Assembly: GCF_023229105.1 (NCBI RefSeq)
Contig: NZ_JALNZY010000001.1
Span: 1,938-65,937 of the forward strand
From: Sulfurimonas sp.
GTDB lineage: Bacteria; Campylobacterota; Campylobacteria; Campylobacterales; Sulfurimonadaceae
Length of the DNA: 64,000 nt
Direction of reading: 5' to 3'
Made by a program: the position numbers and the translations under genes. Positions within the stretch are counted from its first letter, which is position 1. Each line of letters begins with the position of its first letter. Positions 10,589 through 20,607 of the stretch are shown piece after piece. The notes under the pieces are model-generated. The model saw nothing but the letters and a program-made list of their open reading frames with translations, was not told the origin of the DNA and searched no databases.

Positions 10589-11802
10589 CTGCAGGAGAGG
10601 CTTTTTTGCTCTTTTGAGTTGAAACTAAATCTTGTAGAGATTATCTTAACCCTGCTATCCTTTTTTATCAGTTCACACTTCCCATCAGTTATAATATACG
10701 CGTTTGAGTGTGCTAAAGGTGTTATCATTCCGGGTGAAAAATTATCGTGTGGGGTAAACTCATAGCCGTCAAAGTAACCGGGAATCAGCGATCTTCTGCC
10801 GCCTCTTATGGTGCAGTCATTTGATATTTTTGTCTCTATTGTAGCAATGTATTTTTCCTCATCCCCGCTAAGAGCCAAGATAATGCTTTGAGCAAAAAGT
10901 TCAAAATTGAGTGCGGCGGCTAGTGGATTTCCCGGAAGATTGAGCACTAAAGTATCTTTTATGCGACCAAATGTTGTTGGCTTACCGGGTTTAATCTCAA
11001 TTTTGTCAAAAAATATCTCATACCCGAACTTGCCAAATGCCTCTTTTGTAAAGTCCGCATCCCCGACACTTACCCCGCCTGAGGTTACTACCAAATCGCT
11101 CTCTAGAGCACTTTGAATATGTTCATATATAGCATCAAGCGAATCACATGCCGTTCCTATAAAGTCAACTTCGCATCCAAGCTCCTGCACTCTGCTGCAA
11201 AATGTAGGAGAGTTTGTGTTGTAGAGTTGATGAGATGCAACGCTCTCAAAGTGCATCTTTAGCTCATTTCCTGAAGCAAAAACAGCCACCTTTGGTTTCT
11301 TATGTACTTTTATATGGCTGATGCCCTGTGATGCTAAGAGTGTAATATGGTGCGCATGGATTCGTTGCCCTTTTTTTAGCAGGATGGTTCCGCTTTTGAT
11401 ATCTTCGCCGCATAAACGAATATGTTTTGATGCTTTTATAAAGCCGGGGAGTTTAACGCCGTTGTTAGTTAGCGTAACATCTTCTATGGGAACGATTGCC
11501 TCGCATCCTAAAGGAATTCTCGCGCCTGTCATTATTTTGATAGCAAACCCACCCTTTAATGCCTCTTTAGAGTCATCTCCCGCAAATATTGTATGCTCTA
11601 CCGTTACCTCTTTAAGAGCATCTGCAACTTTTACGGCATAGCCGTCCATTGCCGAGTTGTCGTATGGTGGAAGATTGTGACTTGCCGTAATGTTCTCTGC
11701 CAAAACAGAGCCTAAAGCCTCTTCAATCGGTAATATTTTAAGTGATTTTGCCTTAACGTTTTTATAAATATAATCAAGCGCTTCTTCTATAGTAACAGCC
11801 AT
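10585..11802 (-). CDS. moeA: molybdopterin molybdotransferase
   Basis: PPYDNSAMDGYAV, IMTGA, TSGGVSVGDAD, IKPGKP, LPGNP. Start moved to MAVTIEE at 11802. Confidence 0.95.
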   Translation of the reverse strand: MAVTIEEALDYIYKNVKAKSLKILPIEEALGSVLAENITASHNLPPYDNSAMDGYAVKVADALKEVTVEHTIFAGDDSKEALKGGFAIKIMTGARIPLGCEAIVPIEDVTLTNNGVKLPGFIKASKHIRLCGEDIKSGTILLKKGQRIHAHHITLLASQGISHIKVHKKPKVAVFASGNELKMHFESVASHQLYNTNSPTFCSRVQELGCEVDFIGTACDSLDAIYEHIQSALESDLVVTSGGVSVGDADFTKEAFGKFGYEIFFDKIEIKPGKPTTFGRIKDTLVLNLPGNPLAAALNFELFAQSIILALSGDEEKYIATIETKISNDCTIRGGRRSLIPGYFDGYEFTPHDNFSPGMITPLAHSNAYIITDGKCELIKKDSRVKIISTRFSFNSKEQKSLSCS

Positions 11803-11839
11803 GTTTCTTCTTTTTCTCTTTTTATTGTAATATTCCACC

Positions 11840-12247
11840 ATGAATGAAATGTATGATATGAGTATTGTAACACACAACTGGGGTGTTACGTTAGTGTTGG
11901 GCGTAATTTTTGTAAATATTTTTATGCTCTTTGGTATAAAAAGTTTAACAAAATATACAAAAGCAATGTCGCTTTTTACGCCGATTGTTGCAACGGCTAT
12001 AGGTATGGTTGTTTTTACGGGTGTTGTTATGATGGCGGCAAAACATCTTGATTTTACGATAGAAAATATCATCATGATACTTTTTGCATTTCTGCTTATT
12101 TATCTTGAGATAAAGCGTGCAAAAGGGCTTAAGAAAATCAACAAAAAAGAGCCTGATACATTTAAAAACTTTAAAGCATATGCGTTTAAAATTTTTCTTT
12201 TGCAGATATTTGTGACACTTAGTATCTCATTTTGGATGTGGCTTTGA
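11840..12247 (+). CDS. hypothetical membrane protein (about 4 TM helices)
   Basis: Hydrophobic 135-aa ORF overlapping the rsmE start. Confidence 0.7.
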   Translation: MNEMYDMSIVTHNWGVTLVLGVIFVNIFMLFGIKSLTKYTKAMSLFTPIVATAIGMVVFTGVVMMAAKHLDFTIENIIMILFAFLLIYLEIKRAKGLKKINKKEPDTFKNFKAYAFKIFLLQIFVTLSISFWMWL

Positions 12248-12915
12248 TATATATACTTGATGATGAAGCAGGGAAGCAGGCGCTGCATGTAAAAGGGGAG
12301 CTGCATAAATATCTCATAAAAGTTCGTCGTCACAAAGAGGGCGATGAGATAAATTTCAGATCAAGACAAAACATAGAGATTTTGCACAGATATAAAATAG
12401 AGACAGTTGAACCAAGGAGTGCAGAGTTGTCTCTTATCTCTTCAGATATACATGAGGTCAAGAGTGAAAAATCGCTCCATATCGGCTGGTGCACAATAGA
12501 TGCAAACTCTATAGAAAAGGTTCTTCCATCTCTTTGTGAGATAGGCGTTGCAAGAGTGTCGTTTATAACATGCCAGAGAAGCCAAAAAAACACTAAGCTT
12601 GATTTTAAAAGATTTCAAAGAATTATAGAGGCTTCAATGCAACAGTGCGGAAGAAGCACATATATTGAGTTTGATACCTATAAAAACGTGGAGGAGTTTG
12701 TGACAAAGTTTCCCGACGTAAATGTATTTGACTTTTGTGATGAGGTTTTAGAGGAGTATAGCGCCGTTAAAACGGTTTTAATTGGCTGCGAGGGAGGTTT
12801 CTCTTTAAGTGAGAGAGAGCTTCTTTCATCTTTAAAAAGATTCCGACTAAACACGCCGATGGTTTTGCGCTCAGAGAGTGCAGTTGTTGCGATAGCTAGT
12901 AAAATACTGCTTTAA
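12232..12915 (+). CDS. rsmE: 16S rRNA m3U1498 methyltransferase
   Basis: HKYLIKVRR, EASMQQCGR, LIGCEGGFS, VLRSESA SPOUT motifs. Confidence 0.92.
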   Translation: MDVALIYILDDEAGKQALHVKGELHKYLIKVRRHKEGDEINFRSRQNIEILHRYKIETVEPRSAELSLISSDIHEVKSEKSLHIGWCTIDANSIEKVLPSLCEIGVARVSFITCQRSQKNTKLDFKRFQRIIEASMQQCGRSTYIEFDTYKNVEEFVTKFPDVNVFDFCDEVLEEYSAVKTVLIGCEGGFSLSERELLSSLKRFRLNTPMVLRSESAVVAIASKILL

Positions 12916-12924
12916 GATATTTTT

Positions 12925-12933
12925 TGCTATAAT
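12925..12933 (+). promoter_or_regulatory. extended -10 promoter of rpmE
   Basis: TGCTATAAT, the Campylobacterota sigma70 TGnTATAAT type, 83 bp upstream of the ATG. Confidence 0.65.
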
Positions 12934-13015
12934 CCGATTTCTAAAAATCCGCCCCCATACGGATTTAAAAAATATATAGATATTCGCACACAAACGAGTA
13001 TCAAAAGGCAAAAAA

Positions 13016-13216
13016 ATGAAAAAAGATCTTCACCCAAAATTAGTAACTTGTACAGTAACATGCTCATGTGGAAACACTTTTGAAACACAAAGCGCGAAAG
13101 AAGAGATGAGAATTGACATCTGTAATGAGTGTCACCCGTTTTTTACCGGTTCTGAGAGAATGGTAGATACAGCAGGAAGAATTGAAAAGTTCAACCAACG
13201 TTACGCAAAAAAATAA
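13016..13216 (+). CDS. rpmE: 50S ribosomal protein L31 (Zn-binding form)
   Basis: MKKDLHP...CSCG...[10 protein letters not shown]...GRIEKF. Confidence 0.98.
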   Translation: MKKDLHPKLVTCTVTCSCGNTFETQSAKEEMRIDICNECHPFFTGSERMVDTAGRIEKFNQRYAKK

Positions 13217-13228
13217 TCAAGATTTTTC

Positions 13229-14044
13229 TTGCTTACACTTGTTCCAACTCCGATTGGAAATATAGGCGATATATCACTTAGAGCAATAGAAGCTCTAAGT
13301 GATGCCGATATACTTTTATGCGAAGATACTCGCGTTACGAAAAAACTTATCCACATACTCAAAGAGCGCTACAACACCTCTTTTAAATCCGAACAAAATT
13401 TTATCTCCCTTCATTCTCATAACGAAAAAGAGTTTATAGCCACTCTTGAGAGCTCTTTTTTTGAACAAAATGTTATCTATGTCAGTGATGCTGGGATGCC
13501 TGGAGTTAGTGATCCGGGTCAAGCACTTGTTAGATACTGCCAAAAAAATGGTGTCGTTTATGATGTTTTGCCGGGGGCTAATGCGCTTTTAACTGCTTTT
13601 GTAGCAAGCGGATTTGTAGAGACAAAGATGCTTTTTTGGGGATTTTTACCTCATAAAGGCAAAGAGAGGACAGCTTCGCTTCTTGGAGCACTCGGTAGCG
13701 GGTTTACCACGGTTGTTTATGAATCTCCGCATAGACTCGAAAAACTCTTAGATGAGCTAGCTTTCGAGGAACCGACAAGAGAGATATTTTTGGCAAAAGA
13801 GCTTACGAAAAAGTATCAGCGCTACTATTTTGGAACTGCTGAGGATATTAAACAAAAAGTTGATGCAAATCTTCGTGGCGAGTGGGTTGTAGTTATTAGT
13901 GCAGCTGAGGCACAAAATCCAAGCGCAATAAGTCAAAATGATATTTTAGAACTTGATTTGCCTAAGAAAGTTCAGGCAAAGCTTATCTCTAAAATAACGG
14001 GCGAAAATACAAAAGCCTGTTATGAGAGACTCTTAAAGCTATAG
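13229..14044 (+). CDS. rsmI: 16S rRNA C1402 2'-O-methyltransferase
   Basis: LVPTPIGNIGDIS.RA, CEDTR, SDAGMPGVSDPG, YESPHR, KELTK; TTG start. Confidence 0.95.
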   Translation: MLTLVPTPIGNIGDISLRAIEALSDADILLCEDTRVTKKLIHILKERYNTSFKSEQNFISLHSHNEKEFIATLESSFFEQNVIYVSDAGMPGVSDPGQALVRYCQKNGVVYDVLPGANALLTAFVASGFVETKMLFWGFLPHKGKERTASLLGALGSGFTTVVYESPHRLEKLLDELAFEEPTREIFLAKELTKKYQRYYFGTAEDIKQKVDANLRGEWVVVISAAEAQNPSAISQNDILELDLPKKVQAKLISKITGENTKACYERLLKL

Positions 14045-14082
14045 ATATATACTATTTTCAATTTTTTGGATAAAATGCTCAA

Positions 14083-14769
14083 ATGTTAATTTATGCAAAA
14101 CAACCAATCAACTATATTATAAACAATCATCCTGCAAAGATAAAAACACTTTATCTGGCAAAAGAGATAGAGAAAAAAGAGTATTCTCGTCTTATGAAAA
14201 TGGGTTTCGAGATAAAAAGAATACCCTCTGACGCAGCCGGAAAAATGTGCAAAAATGCCTCTCATCAAGGAATACTTGCGGAAGTGGACGAATACGAGCT
14301 GCAAGACTATAAGGCTTTTTTAAATTATGATTTTGTTCTTATACTTTCAGGTCTTAGTGATGTCGGCAATATCGGCGCAATTATCAGAACTGCTTATGCG
14401 CTTGGCGTTGATGCAGTTATTGCATGTGGTGTAAAATCACTTCCTCTTGAAGCCATTACTAGAACAAGTACCGGAGCGCTTTTTGATATGCCTTTTGCCA
14501 TAGAGACCAATATCCATAATGTGATAAATGACTTAAAAATGTCAGGCTTTACTACATATGGCGCAGATATGGGAGGTGTTGACATAAGAGATATAAAAGT
14601 TCAAAGCAGACGCGCTCTCTTTTTAGGAAGTGAAGGCGAGGGACTTACTTCGCGGGTTAGCTCAAAGCTCGATAGCATCATAAGCATAAAAATGGCACAC
14701 AAGTTTGACTCTTTAAATGTCGGTGCAGCGGGGGCAATTTTGATAGATAGGATGAGAAAATATGAGTGA
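14083..14769 (+). CDS. rlmB: 23S rRNA G2251 2'-O-methyltransferase (TrmH family)
   Basis: HQGILA, DVGNIGAIIRTA, GSEGEG, SLNV motifs. Confidence 0.9.
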   Translation: MLIYAKQPINYIINNHPAKIKTLYLAKEIEKKEYSRLMKMGFEIKRIPSDAAGKMCKNASHQGILAEVDEYELQDYKAFLNYDFVLILSGLSDVGNIGAIIRTAYALGVDAVIACGVKSLPLEAITRTSTGALFDMPFAIETNIHNVINDLKMSGFTTYGADMGGVDIRDIKVQSRRALFLGSEGEGLTSRVSSKLDSIISIKMAHKFDSLNVGAAGAILIDRMRKYE

Positions 14770-15547
14770 TGATTTTGAAAAATTAAAACGTATCGGTATA
14801 CAGAAAATCCATGAAACAACTCATATCGCAAGAGCACATATTCAAGCGATATTTAATGAAAATTTTGAGGAGATGAGCAGTGTTCAGCTTTTTGGATTTA
14901 TCTCTATACTAGAGAGAGAATATACTCTTGATTTAAGTGAATTAAGAGCTAACGCCAAAGAGTTTTTTAAAACCAATACTCTCCCTTTTGAAAACACAAG
15001 CAAAGTTAAAATTTTTGCAACACCAAAGAAAAAAAGCAATGCCACCTTTATCTATACCATTATAGCTCTTGTAGCTGCTGTTTTGACACTACTCTATTTT
15101 GCTTCAAGAGCGCCTCAAACTGAAGTTGCAGAAATTCACAAAACTATTGAGAGTGCCGCTATAATAGCTCAAGATGATGAAAATAGCTCAAAAATTGATG
15201 AAAATTCTACACAATTGCTCGAACCAACAGAAGTAGAAGAGGTACGAGTTCAAGCAGAAGCTAAGCCGATAACGCTGAAAATTATTCCAAAAACAAGGGT
15301 GTGGTTAGGCTATATTGATTTGTCTGATTATAAAAAGTATCAAAAAGTCTTTTCAGACGAACTTGAACTTAACACGACAAAAGATTGGCTTCTATCGTTT
15401 GGACATGGACATGTAGATATAGAGATAAACGGCGAAGTAAAAAGTTTTAAAGACCCAAAAAATATAAGATTTTCATATATTGATTCTGAGTTAAAAGAGA
15501 TAAATTTTGAGGAGTTTAAGAGTTTAAACAAGGGTAGTGGATGGTAA
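14762..15547 (+). CDS. conserved hypothetical membrane protein, RodZ-like architecture
   Basis: N-terminal HTH-like segment (IQKIHETTHI...FISILEREY), one TM helix, periplasmic beta-rich C-terminus (RVWLGY). Confidence 0.5.
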   Translation: MSDDFEKLKRIGIQKIHETTHIARAHIQAIFNENFEEMSSVQLFGFISILEREYTLDLSELRANAKEFFKTNTLPFENTSKVKIFATPKKKSNATFIYTIIALVAAVLTLLYFASRAPQTEVAEIHKTIESAAIIAQDDENSSKIDENSTQLLEPTEVEEVRVQAEAKPITLKIIPKTRVWLGYIDLSDYKKYQKVFSDELELNTTKDWLLSFGHGHVDIEINGEVKSFKDPKNIRFSYIDSELKEINFEEFKSLNKGSGW

Positions 15548-16401
15548 AAATATTTTTATTTTTTGCTCTGCTACTCTCCCTCTCCTCTGCCGCCGAAGTA
15601 AAACAAAAGAGCAAAGATGACCCCTTGATTCAAAAAGTCAAAAGTTTGATAGCTCCTGCTACGTTTGCCAAAGATAGGGCTTATATAGATATTATTTTCT
15701 CTCCAAGAGCAGATTATTATAACAGCGAGGGAAGAGTAGATTCTGTAAAAGTTGTTCAAACACTCAAAGATAACGGCATTTTAAACCTCTTTTTTAAAAC
15801 TCCACGTGAGATAAATATAAGTTTTAAAACCCAAGGGTTACCCCTGTTTTTTATAAAGATAATGAGTGATTCACTTAGAAATATAGGCTATTACAGGTAT
15901 GTGACTAAGGAGTCGAGTTTTGATGAATCAGAATTTATTTGGAAGATAAGTCTTACCTCTGAATATGCTGCTGATCCGCTTATTCTTAGTCAAGAGCTAA
16001 GGAAAAGCAACTGCGAAATTGTTGATGTTGTAAGAGAGACGGAGAGTGACTGGTCGTATATTATTGATATGAAAAATGCCAAACTAAATGTAAGTGTACT
16101 TGAAGATTCTGAGGAGTTTAGGCTTAAGAGATCTCTGTACTCATATTGGCTTGATGTATCAAAGGTAGATGATATTGAGATAAGAAGTTCTAGTAGAAAC
16201 GACTGGTATCCATATATAGCCTATTATGACAAATCTCTAAAGCTACTGCGTGTCATTAAAATAGATAAAAAAACAAGTAAAATTATGTTAAATATGAGAG
16301 AAAATACGCACTACATAAAGATTTCAGATATCTACTCTCTTAAAAATATCAAAGATGATTTGGTTTTAAAACCGACAGTTAAAGAAATAAACAAATTATA
16401 A
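15541..16401 (+). CDS. conserved hypothetical periplasmic protein
   Basis: Signal peptide; 286-aa ORF translationally coupled within the operon. Confidence 0.7.
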   Translation: MVKIFLFFALLLSLSSAAEVKQKSKDDPLIQKVKSLIAPATFAKDRAYIDIIFSPRADYYNSEGRVDSVKVVQTLKDNGILNLFFKTPREINISFKTQGLPLFFIKIMSDSLRNIGYYRYVTKESSFDESEFIWKISLTSEYAADPLILSQELRKSNCEIVDVVRETESDWSYIIDMKNAKLNVSVLEDSEEFRLKRSLYSYWLDVSKVDDIEIRSSSRNDWYPYIAYYDKSLKLLRVIKIDKKTSKIMLNMRENTHYIKISDIYSLKNIKDDLVLKPTVKEINKL

Positions 16402-16445
16402 AAATTTTCGATAGAATGTCATTAATAATTTAAGCAGGAATATTC

Positions 16446-17663
16446 ATGTTTGACGAAATACAATTTGATAGAGTAAAAAGATTGCCAAAGTACGTTTTTG
16501 CTGAGGTAAATGAACTTAAAATGGCGCAGCGTAGAGCAGGTGCGGATGTAATAGATTTTTCTATGGGAAATCCGGATGGAGATACTCCTGAGCATATCAG
16601 ACAAAAACTGATTGAGTCTGCACAAAAGACAAAGACACATGGGTATTCAACTTCAAAAGGGATTCCTAAGCTTTTATCAGCGATTGCGGATTGGTACAAA
16701 AGAAGATATGACTGTGATCTGGACCCTATGACTGAGTGTGTTGCTACAATGGGCTCAAAAGAGGGATATGCGCATCTCGCATACGCTATAACCAACCTCG
16801 GTGACGTTACTATTGTGCCCGACCCGACATATCCTATACATGAATACGCATTTATACTAGCAGGCGGAAGCGTAATCAAGTTTGGAATAGAGTTTGACGA
16901 AGATTTCAAGATAAATGAGGATAAGTTTTTTGAAGATCTTGTAAAAGTTTTTAAAGAGAGCTCGCCTAGACCAAAGTATGTTTTGGTAAATTTTCCTCAT
17001 AATCCTACAACAGCAACTGTTACACAGGACTTTTATGTCAGACTCGTGGCACTTGCTAAGGAGCTTAGATTTTATGTAATTAGCGATATCGCTTATGGAG
17101 ATATAACATTTTGTGATTATGTAACACCATCTATCATGAGTGTTCCTGGTGCAAAAGATGTGGCGGTTGAGAGTTTTACTCTCTCAAAAAGCTACAATAT
17201 GGCTGGGTGGCGAGTAGGCTTTTTTGTCGGTAATAAGAAACTTATCGGCGCACTTCAAAAAATCAAATCCTGGCTTGATTATGGGATGTTTACTCCTATT
17301 CAAGTAGCGGCTACGATAGCATTAAACGGCGATCAGCAGTGTGTTAAAGATATTACTGCAAAGTACGAGCATCGCCAGGATATTCTTTTAGAGGCGTTTG
17401 ATAGAGCAGGTTGGCATGTACGAAAAAATCGTTCAAGTATGTTTGTCTGGGCGAAACTTCCTGAGTGCGTAGCGCATCTTGGAAGCTTGGAGTTTTCAAA
17501 AAGATTGCTTGTAGAAGCTGGGGTGGCAGTTGCTCCGGGGATAGGCTTTGGCGAGTATGGAGAGGGTTATGTTCGTATAGCTCTTATAGAAAATGACAAT
17601 AGAATTCGTCAAGCGGCACGAAACATAAAAGAGTTTTTAAAACAATTTGAAGAGAAAAAATAA
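16446..17663 (+). CDS. PLP-dependent class I/II aminotransferase (AlaC/YfdZ-like; often annotated LL-diaminopimelate aminotransferase)
   Basis: RLPKYVF, DFSMGNPD, SKSYNMAGWRVG PLP-lysine motif. Confidence 0.9.
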   Translation: MFDEIQFDRVKRLPKYVFAEVNELKMAQRRAGADVIDFSMGNPDGDTPEHIRQKLIESAQKTKTHGYSTSKGIPKLLSAIADWYKRRYDCDLDPMTECVATMGSKEGYAHLAYAITNLGDVTIVPDPTYPIHEYAFILAGGSVIKFGIEFDEDFKINEDKFFEDLVKVFKESSPRPKYVLVNFPHNPTTATVTQDFYVRLVALAKELRFYVISDIAYGDITFCDYVTPSIMSVPGAKDVAVESFTLSKSYNMAGWRVGFFVGNKKLIGALQKIKSWLDYGMFTPIQVAATIALNGDQQCVKDITAKYEHRQDILLEAFDRAGWHVRKNRSSMFVWAKLPECVAHLGSLEFSKRLLVEAGVAVAPGIGFGEYGEGYVRIALIENDNRIRQAARNIKEFLKQFEEKK

Positions 17664-17665
17664 AT

Positions 17666-18925
17666 ATGATTAAAGTAGGAATTATTGGCGTTGGGACTGT
17701 TGGAACGAGTGTAGCACAGATTTTAAAGGACAATGCCGATGTAATTTCTGCGCGTGCGGGAGTTGATATAGTCGTAAAAAGTGGGGTTGTAAAAAACCTA
17801 AACAAGGATAGGGGTTTAGATATAAAACTTACAGACAATGTTGATGACATTTTAGATGATGATGAGATTGATATTGTAGTTGAGCTTATGGGCGGCGTTG
17901 ATGAGGCTTTTGAGATAGTAAAACGTGCGCTTAAAAACGGTAAAGCAGTCGTAACTGCAAACAAGGCGCTTTTAGCTTATCACAGATATGAACTTCAGGA
18001 GATTGCGCAAGATATAGCTTTTGAGTATGAAGCTAGCGTTGCGGGCGGCATTCCTATTATCAATGCTCTTCGTGATGGGCTATCGGCAAATCATATAGAG
18101 TCTATCAAGGGGATTATGAACGGTACGAGTAACTATATGCTAACTGAGATGATTCAAAACGGCATGAGCTATTTTGATGCCCTTAAAAGTGCACAAGATC
18201 TCGGTTATGCAGAGGCAGACCCGACTTTTGACGTAGGCGGCTATGATGCGGCGCATAAGCTTCTAATCCTTGCAAGCATCGCTTATGGCATAGATGCAAA
18301 ACCAGAAGATATTCTTATAGAGGGTATTGAGAATGTCTCAAAAGATGATGTCGAATTTGCAAATGAGTTTGGATATGCTATCAAGCTTCTAGGCATTGCC
18401 AAAAAAGATGCAAACATGGTGGAGCTTCGCGTTCATGCAAGCATGATAAGCAAAGATGAGATGATAGCAAAGATAGACGGTGTTATGAACGGCATCAGCG
18501 TTGTTGGTGATAAAGTCGGCGAAACTCTATATTATGGACCTGGAGCCGGTGGAGATGCTACTGCAAGTGCCGTTGTCGCAAACATTATAGACATAGCAAG
18601 AAGCGGAAAGAGCAAACCAATGCTCGGCTTTGACAAACCGATGGAACGTGGACTTTTTTTAAAACCTGCGCAGGACATTGAGTCAAAATACTACCTGCGA
18701 ATAAATGTCTCTGATAAAAAGGGAGTTTTAGCAAGAGTAACCAAAATGTTTGAAGATAACGATATCTCTATTGAGACTATGTTACAGCGCCCATCTTCAA
18801 AGGAGAGTGCAAATCTTCTTATCTCAACACATACAGCTTATGAGAGAGATATCCAAAAGCTTATAAAGGCACTATCTGAGTTGGAGTTTGTAAACTTCAA
18901 GCCTGTCATGATTAGGATAGTGTAA
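17666..18925 (+). CDS. hom: homoserine dehydrogenase with C-terminal ACT domain
   Basis: GVGTVG, VVTANKA, EASVAGGIP, NGTSNY, YAEADP, GPGAG. Confidence 0.97.
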   Translation: MIKVGIIGVGTVGTSVAQILKDNADVISARAGVDIVVKSGVVKNLNKDRGLDIKLTDNVDDILDDDEIDIVVELMGGVDEAFEIVKRALKNGKAVVTANKALLAYHRYELQEIAQDIAFEYEASVAGGIPIINALRDGLSANHIESIKGIMNGTSNYMLTEMIQNGMSYFDALKSAQDLGYAEADPTFDVGGYDAAHKLLILASIAYGIDAKPEDILIEGIENVSKDDVEFANEFGYAIKLLGIAKKDANMVELRVHASMISKDEMIAKIDGVMNGISVVGDKVGETLYYGPGAGGDATASAVVANIIDIARSGKSKPMLGFDKPMERGLFLKPAQDIESKYYLRINVSDKKGVLARVTKMFEDNDISIETMLQRPSSKESANLLISTHTAYERDIQKLIKALSELEFVNFKPVMIRIV

Positions 18926-18938
18926 GGTTATTATCCTC

Positions 18939-19769
18939 TTACACTTTTAAAATAACTACATCTTTTTTTGAGTTTTCTAAGATGTCAAGGGCATAAAAAC
19001 TTACACTGCCTGTTGTATGAACCGCCACTAGGTCAAAATTGATATCCTTGACTTCACTCTCAAATAGTTTCGGGTTTAGTGAACTTTTACGAACTTTGCC
19101 TGAGATATTTATATCTTTTGGTAGCTCTAAAGAGTTTATAAAAATATCTAACTTTTCTTCAGACTCCTGCATCAAAGAGAGTTGATAATCAATAATATCT
19201 GTATTATTAAAGCCATAAGTGTTTAATCTGTTTTCAAATGGGATTGTATAAAAGTTTAAAAGTTTTATATTTAAACTAGGAAATATATTGACTACTCTTC
19301 TTATAGCTTCTCTGGAGTCATTAGAAAAATCTGTAAGCATTAAAATATTTTTGTATTTTAACTCATGGTCGCTTTTTACAACCAGAACAGGAACAGGAGA
19401 ATTTCTTATTATATCTTTTGTGTGTGACCCCATATAAGCATCGCCTAAAAAATAGGTCTCTCCGCTTTTGCCCATAATAATCAAATCACTGTTTAAAATT
19501 TGCGCAGCTTTTGCTACCTCGTTTTTTATTTTTCCATTTACACAGTGAAAGTTTTCATCGTTTATGCTAGGAAACTTTTCACTAAGTTTTTTTACACTAT
19601 GCTCTCTAATATAGGAGAGATCTTTTTTTGGTGAAAAAAATGAGTTCTCAACAACATGAACAATATGCACGACTCCATTAAACTTTTTTGTAAAATTCAT
19701 AGCCTTTTGTAGCACCCTAAGGCTGTCATCCGAAAAATCTACAGCTACTAGTGTCTTTAACTTATTCAT
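18939..19769 (-). CDS. universal stress protein (tandem USP domains)
   Basis: LVAVDFS..S, DLIIMGKSG, MGS, PVLVVK, followed by a second ILMLTDFS domain. Confidence 0.9.
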   Translation of the reverse strand: MNKLKTLVAVDFSDDSLRVLQKAMNFTKKFNGVVHIVHVVENSFFSPKKDLSYIREHSVKKLSEKFPSINDENFHCVNGKIKNEVAKAAQILNSDLIIMGKSGETYFLGDAYMGSHTKDIIRNSPVPVLVVKSDHELKYKNILMLTDFSNDSREAIRRVVNIFPSLNIKLLNFYTIPFENRLNTYGFNNTDIIDYQLSLMQESEEKLDIFINSLELPKDINISGKVRKSSLNPKLFESEVKDINFDLVAVHTTGSVSFYALDILENSKKDVVILKV

Positions 19770-19860
19770 GATTTTTCCCTGCTATTTTAACTAACATGTA
19801 TTCTATCTTTTTATTGTAAAGAAATATGATAGAATTTATCAAATTTAAAGGAGCGGAAAT

Positions 19861-20211
19861 ATGAAATTTGTTGCTTTAGTAGTTATAGCATCTACGCAGT
19901 ATGAGGAGAAGCTTAAAGATATTGCCAAAGAAGCAGGGGCAGGTGGCGGAACTATTTTACAAGGCAAGGGAAGTAGCTTAGGAGAAAAAAAGAGCTTTTT
20001 TGCCCTTACTTTTGAAGGGAACCAATCTGTGATTATTTATATCCTAGAAGAGAAGCTCTCAAGAGCAGTTCTCAAAGCTATAAACACAGAGATACAAAAC
20101 AACCCAACAGATTGTATCGCTTTTACAATGCCGATTTCACACATGGTAGGGCTTGATAGAGAGCTGCTTAAAGTATTTGAAGATTCAATCAAACTTGAAG
20201 AGAACTTATAG
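19861..20211 (+). CDS. PII-like signal transduction protein
   Basis: AKEAGAGGGTILQGKG...IAFTMPI PII pattern; TGATAGAAT promoter at 19827-19835. Confidence 0.8.
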   Translation: MKFVALVVIASTQYEEKLKDIAKEAGAGGGTILQGKGSSLGEKKSFFALTFEGNQSVIIYILEEKLSRAVLKAINTEIQNNPTDCIAFTMPISHMVGLDRELLKVFEDSIKLEENL

Positions 20212-20217
20212 GAGAAG

Positions 20218-20607
20218 ATGATGATAGTAGAGAATGTTATGAAAAAGAGTGTAACCACAATTAAGCCATACGCAACTCTCAAAGAGGCACTTTTGCTTAT
20301 GAAAGAGAAGAAGTTGAAATCACTAATAGTTGATAAAAGTTTACCGAGTGATGCTTATGGGATAATTACAAATACGCAGATATTAAAAGCAATATTGGCA
20401 GAAGATGGCGATATAGAGCTTCTGAATGTTTACGATGTATATAATAAGCCCGCCTTTAGCGTCTCTGCAAAAATAGATGTAAAGTATGCTGCAAAAATAA
20501 TGATAGATCACAATATCAAAAGAGTCGTAGTAACCGACAATAACGAGCTCAAAGGCGTGCTCTCAATCACTGATTTAACTGATTATCTGATGAGTTTAGT
20601 GGATTAA
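20218..20607 (+). CDS. CBS-domain pair protein
   Basis: VENVMKK...YGIIT..IL...GVLSITD, two CBS motifs. Confidence 0.88.
   Translation: MMIVENVMKKSVTTIKPYATLKEALLLMKEKKLKSLIVDKSLPSDAYGIITNTQILKAILAEDGDIELLNVYDVYNKPAFSVSAKIDVKYAAKIMIDHNIKRVVVTDNNELKGVLSITDLTDYLMSLVD

Noticed and set aside
13016-13216. CNECH (a CXXCH) in the 66-aa ORF
   Set aside because: It is the Zn-binding site of cytoplasmic ribosomal protein L31, not a heme site.
16430-16909. Antisense ORFs such as 16430-16909, 17584-17964, 24969-25493, 25813-26226 and 38368-38802
   Set aside because: They are shadows of well-supported genes on the other strand, with no recognisable domains or RBS.
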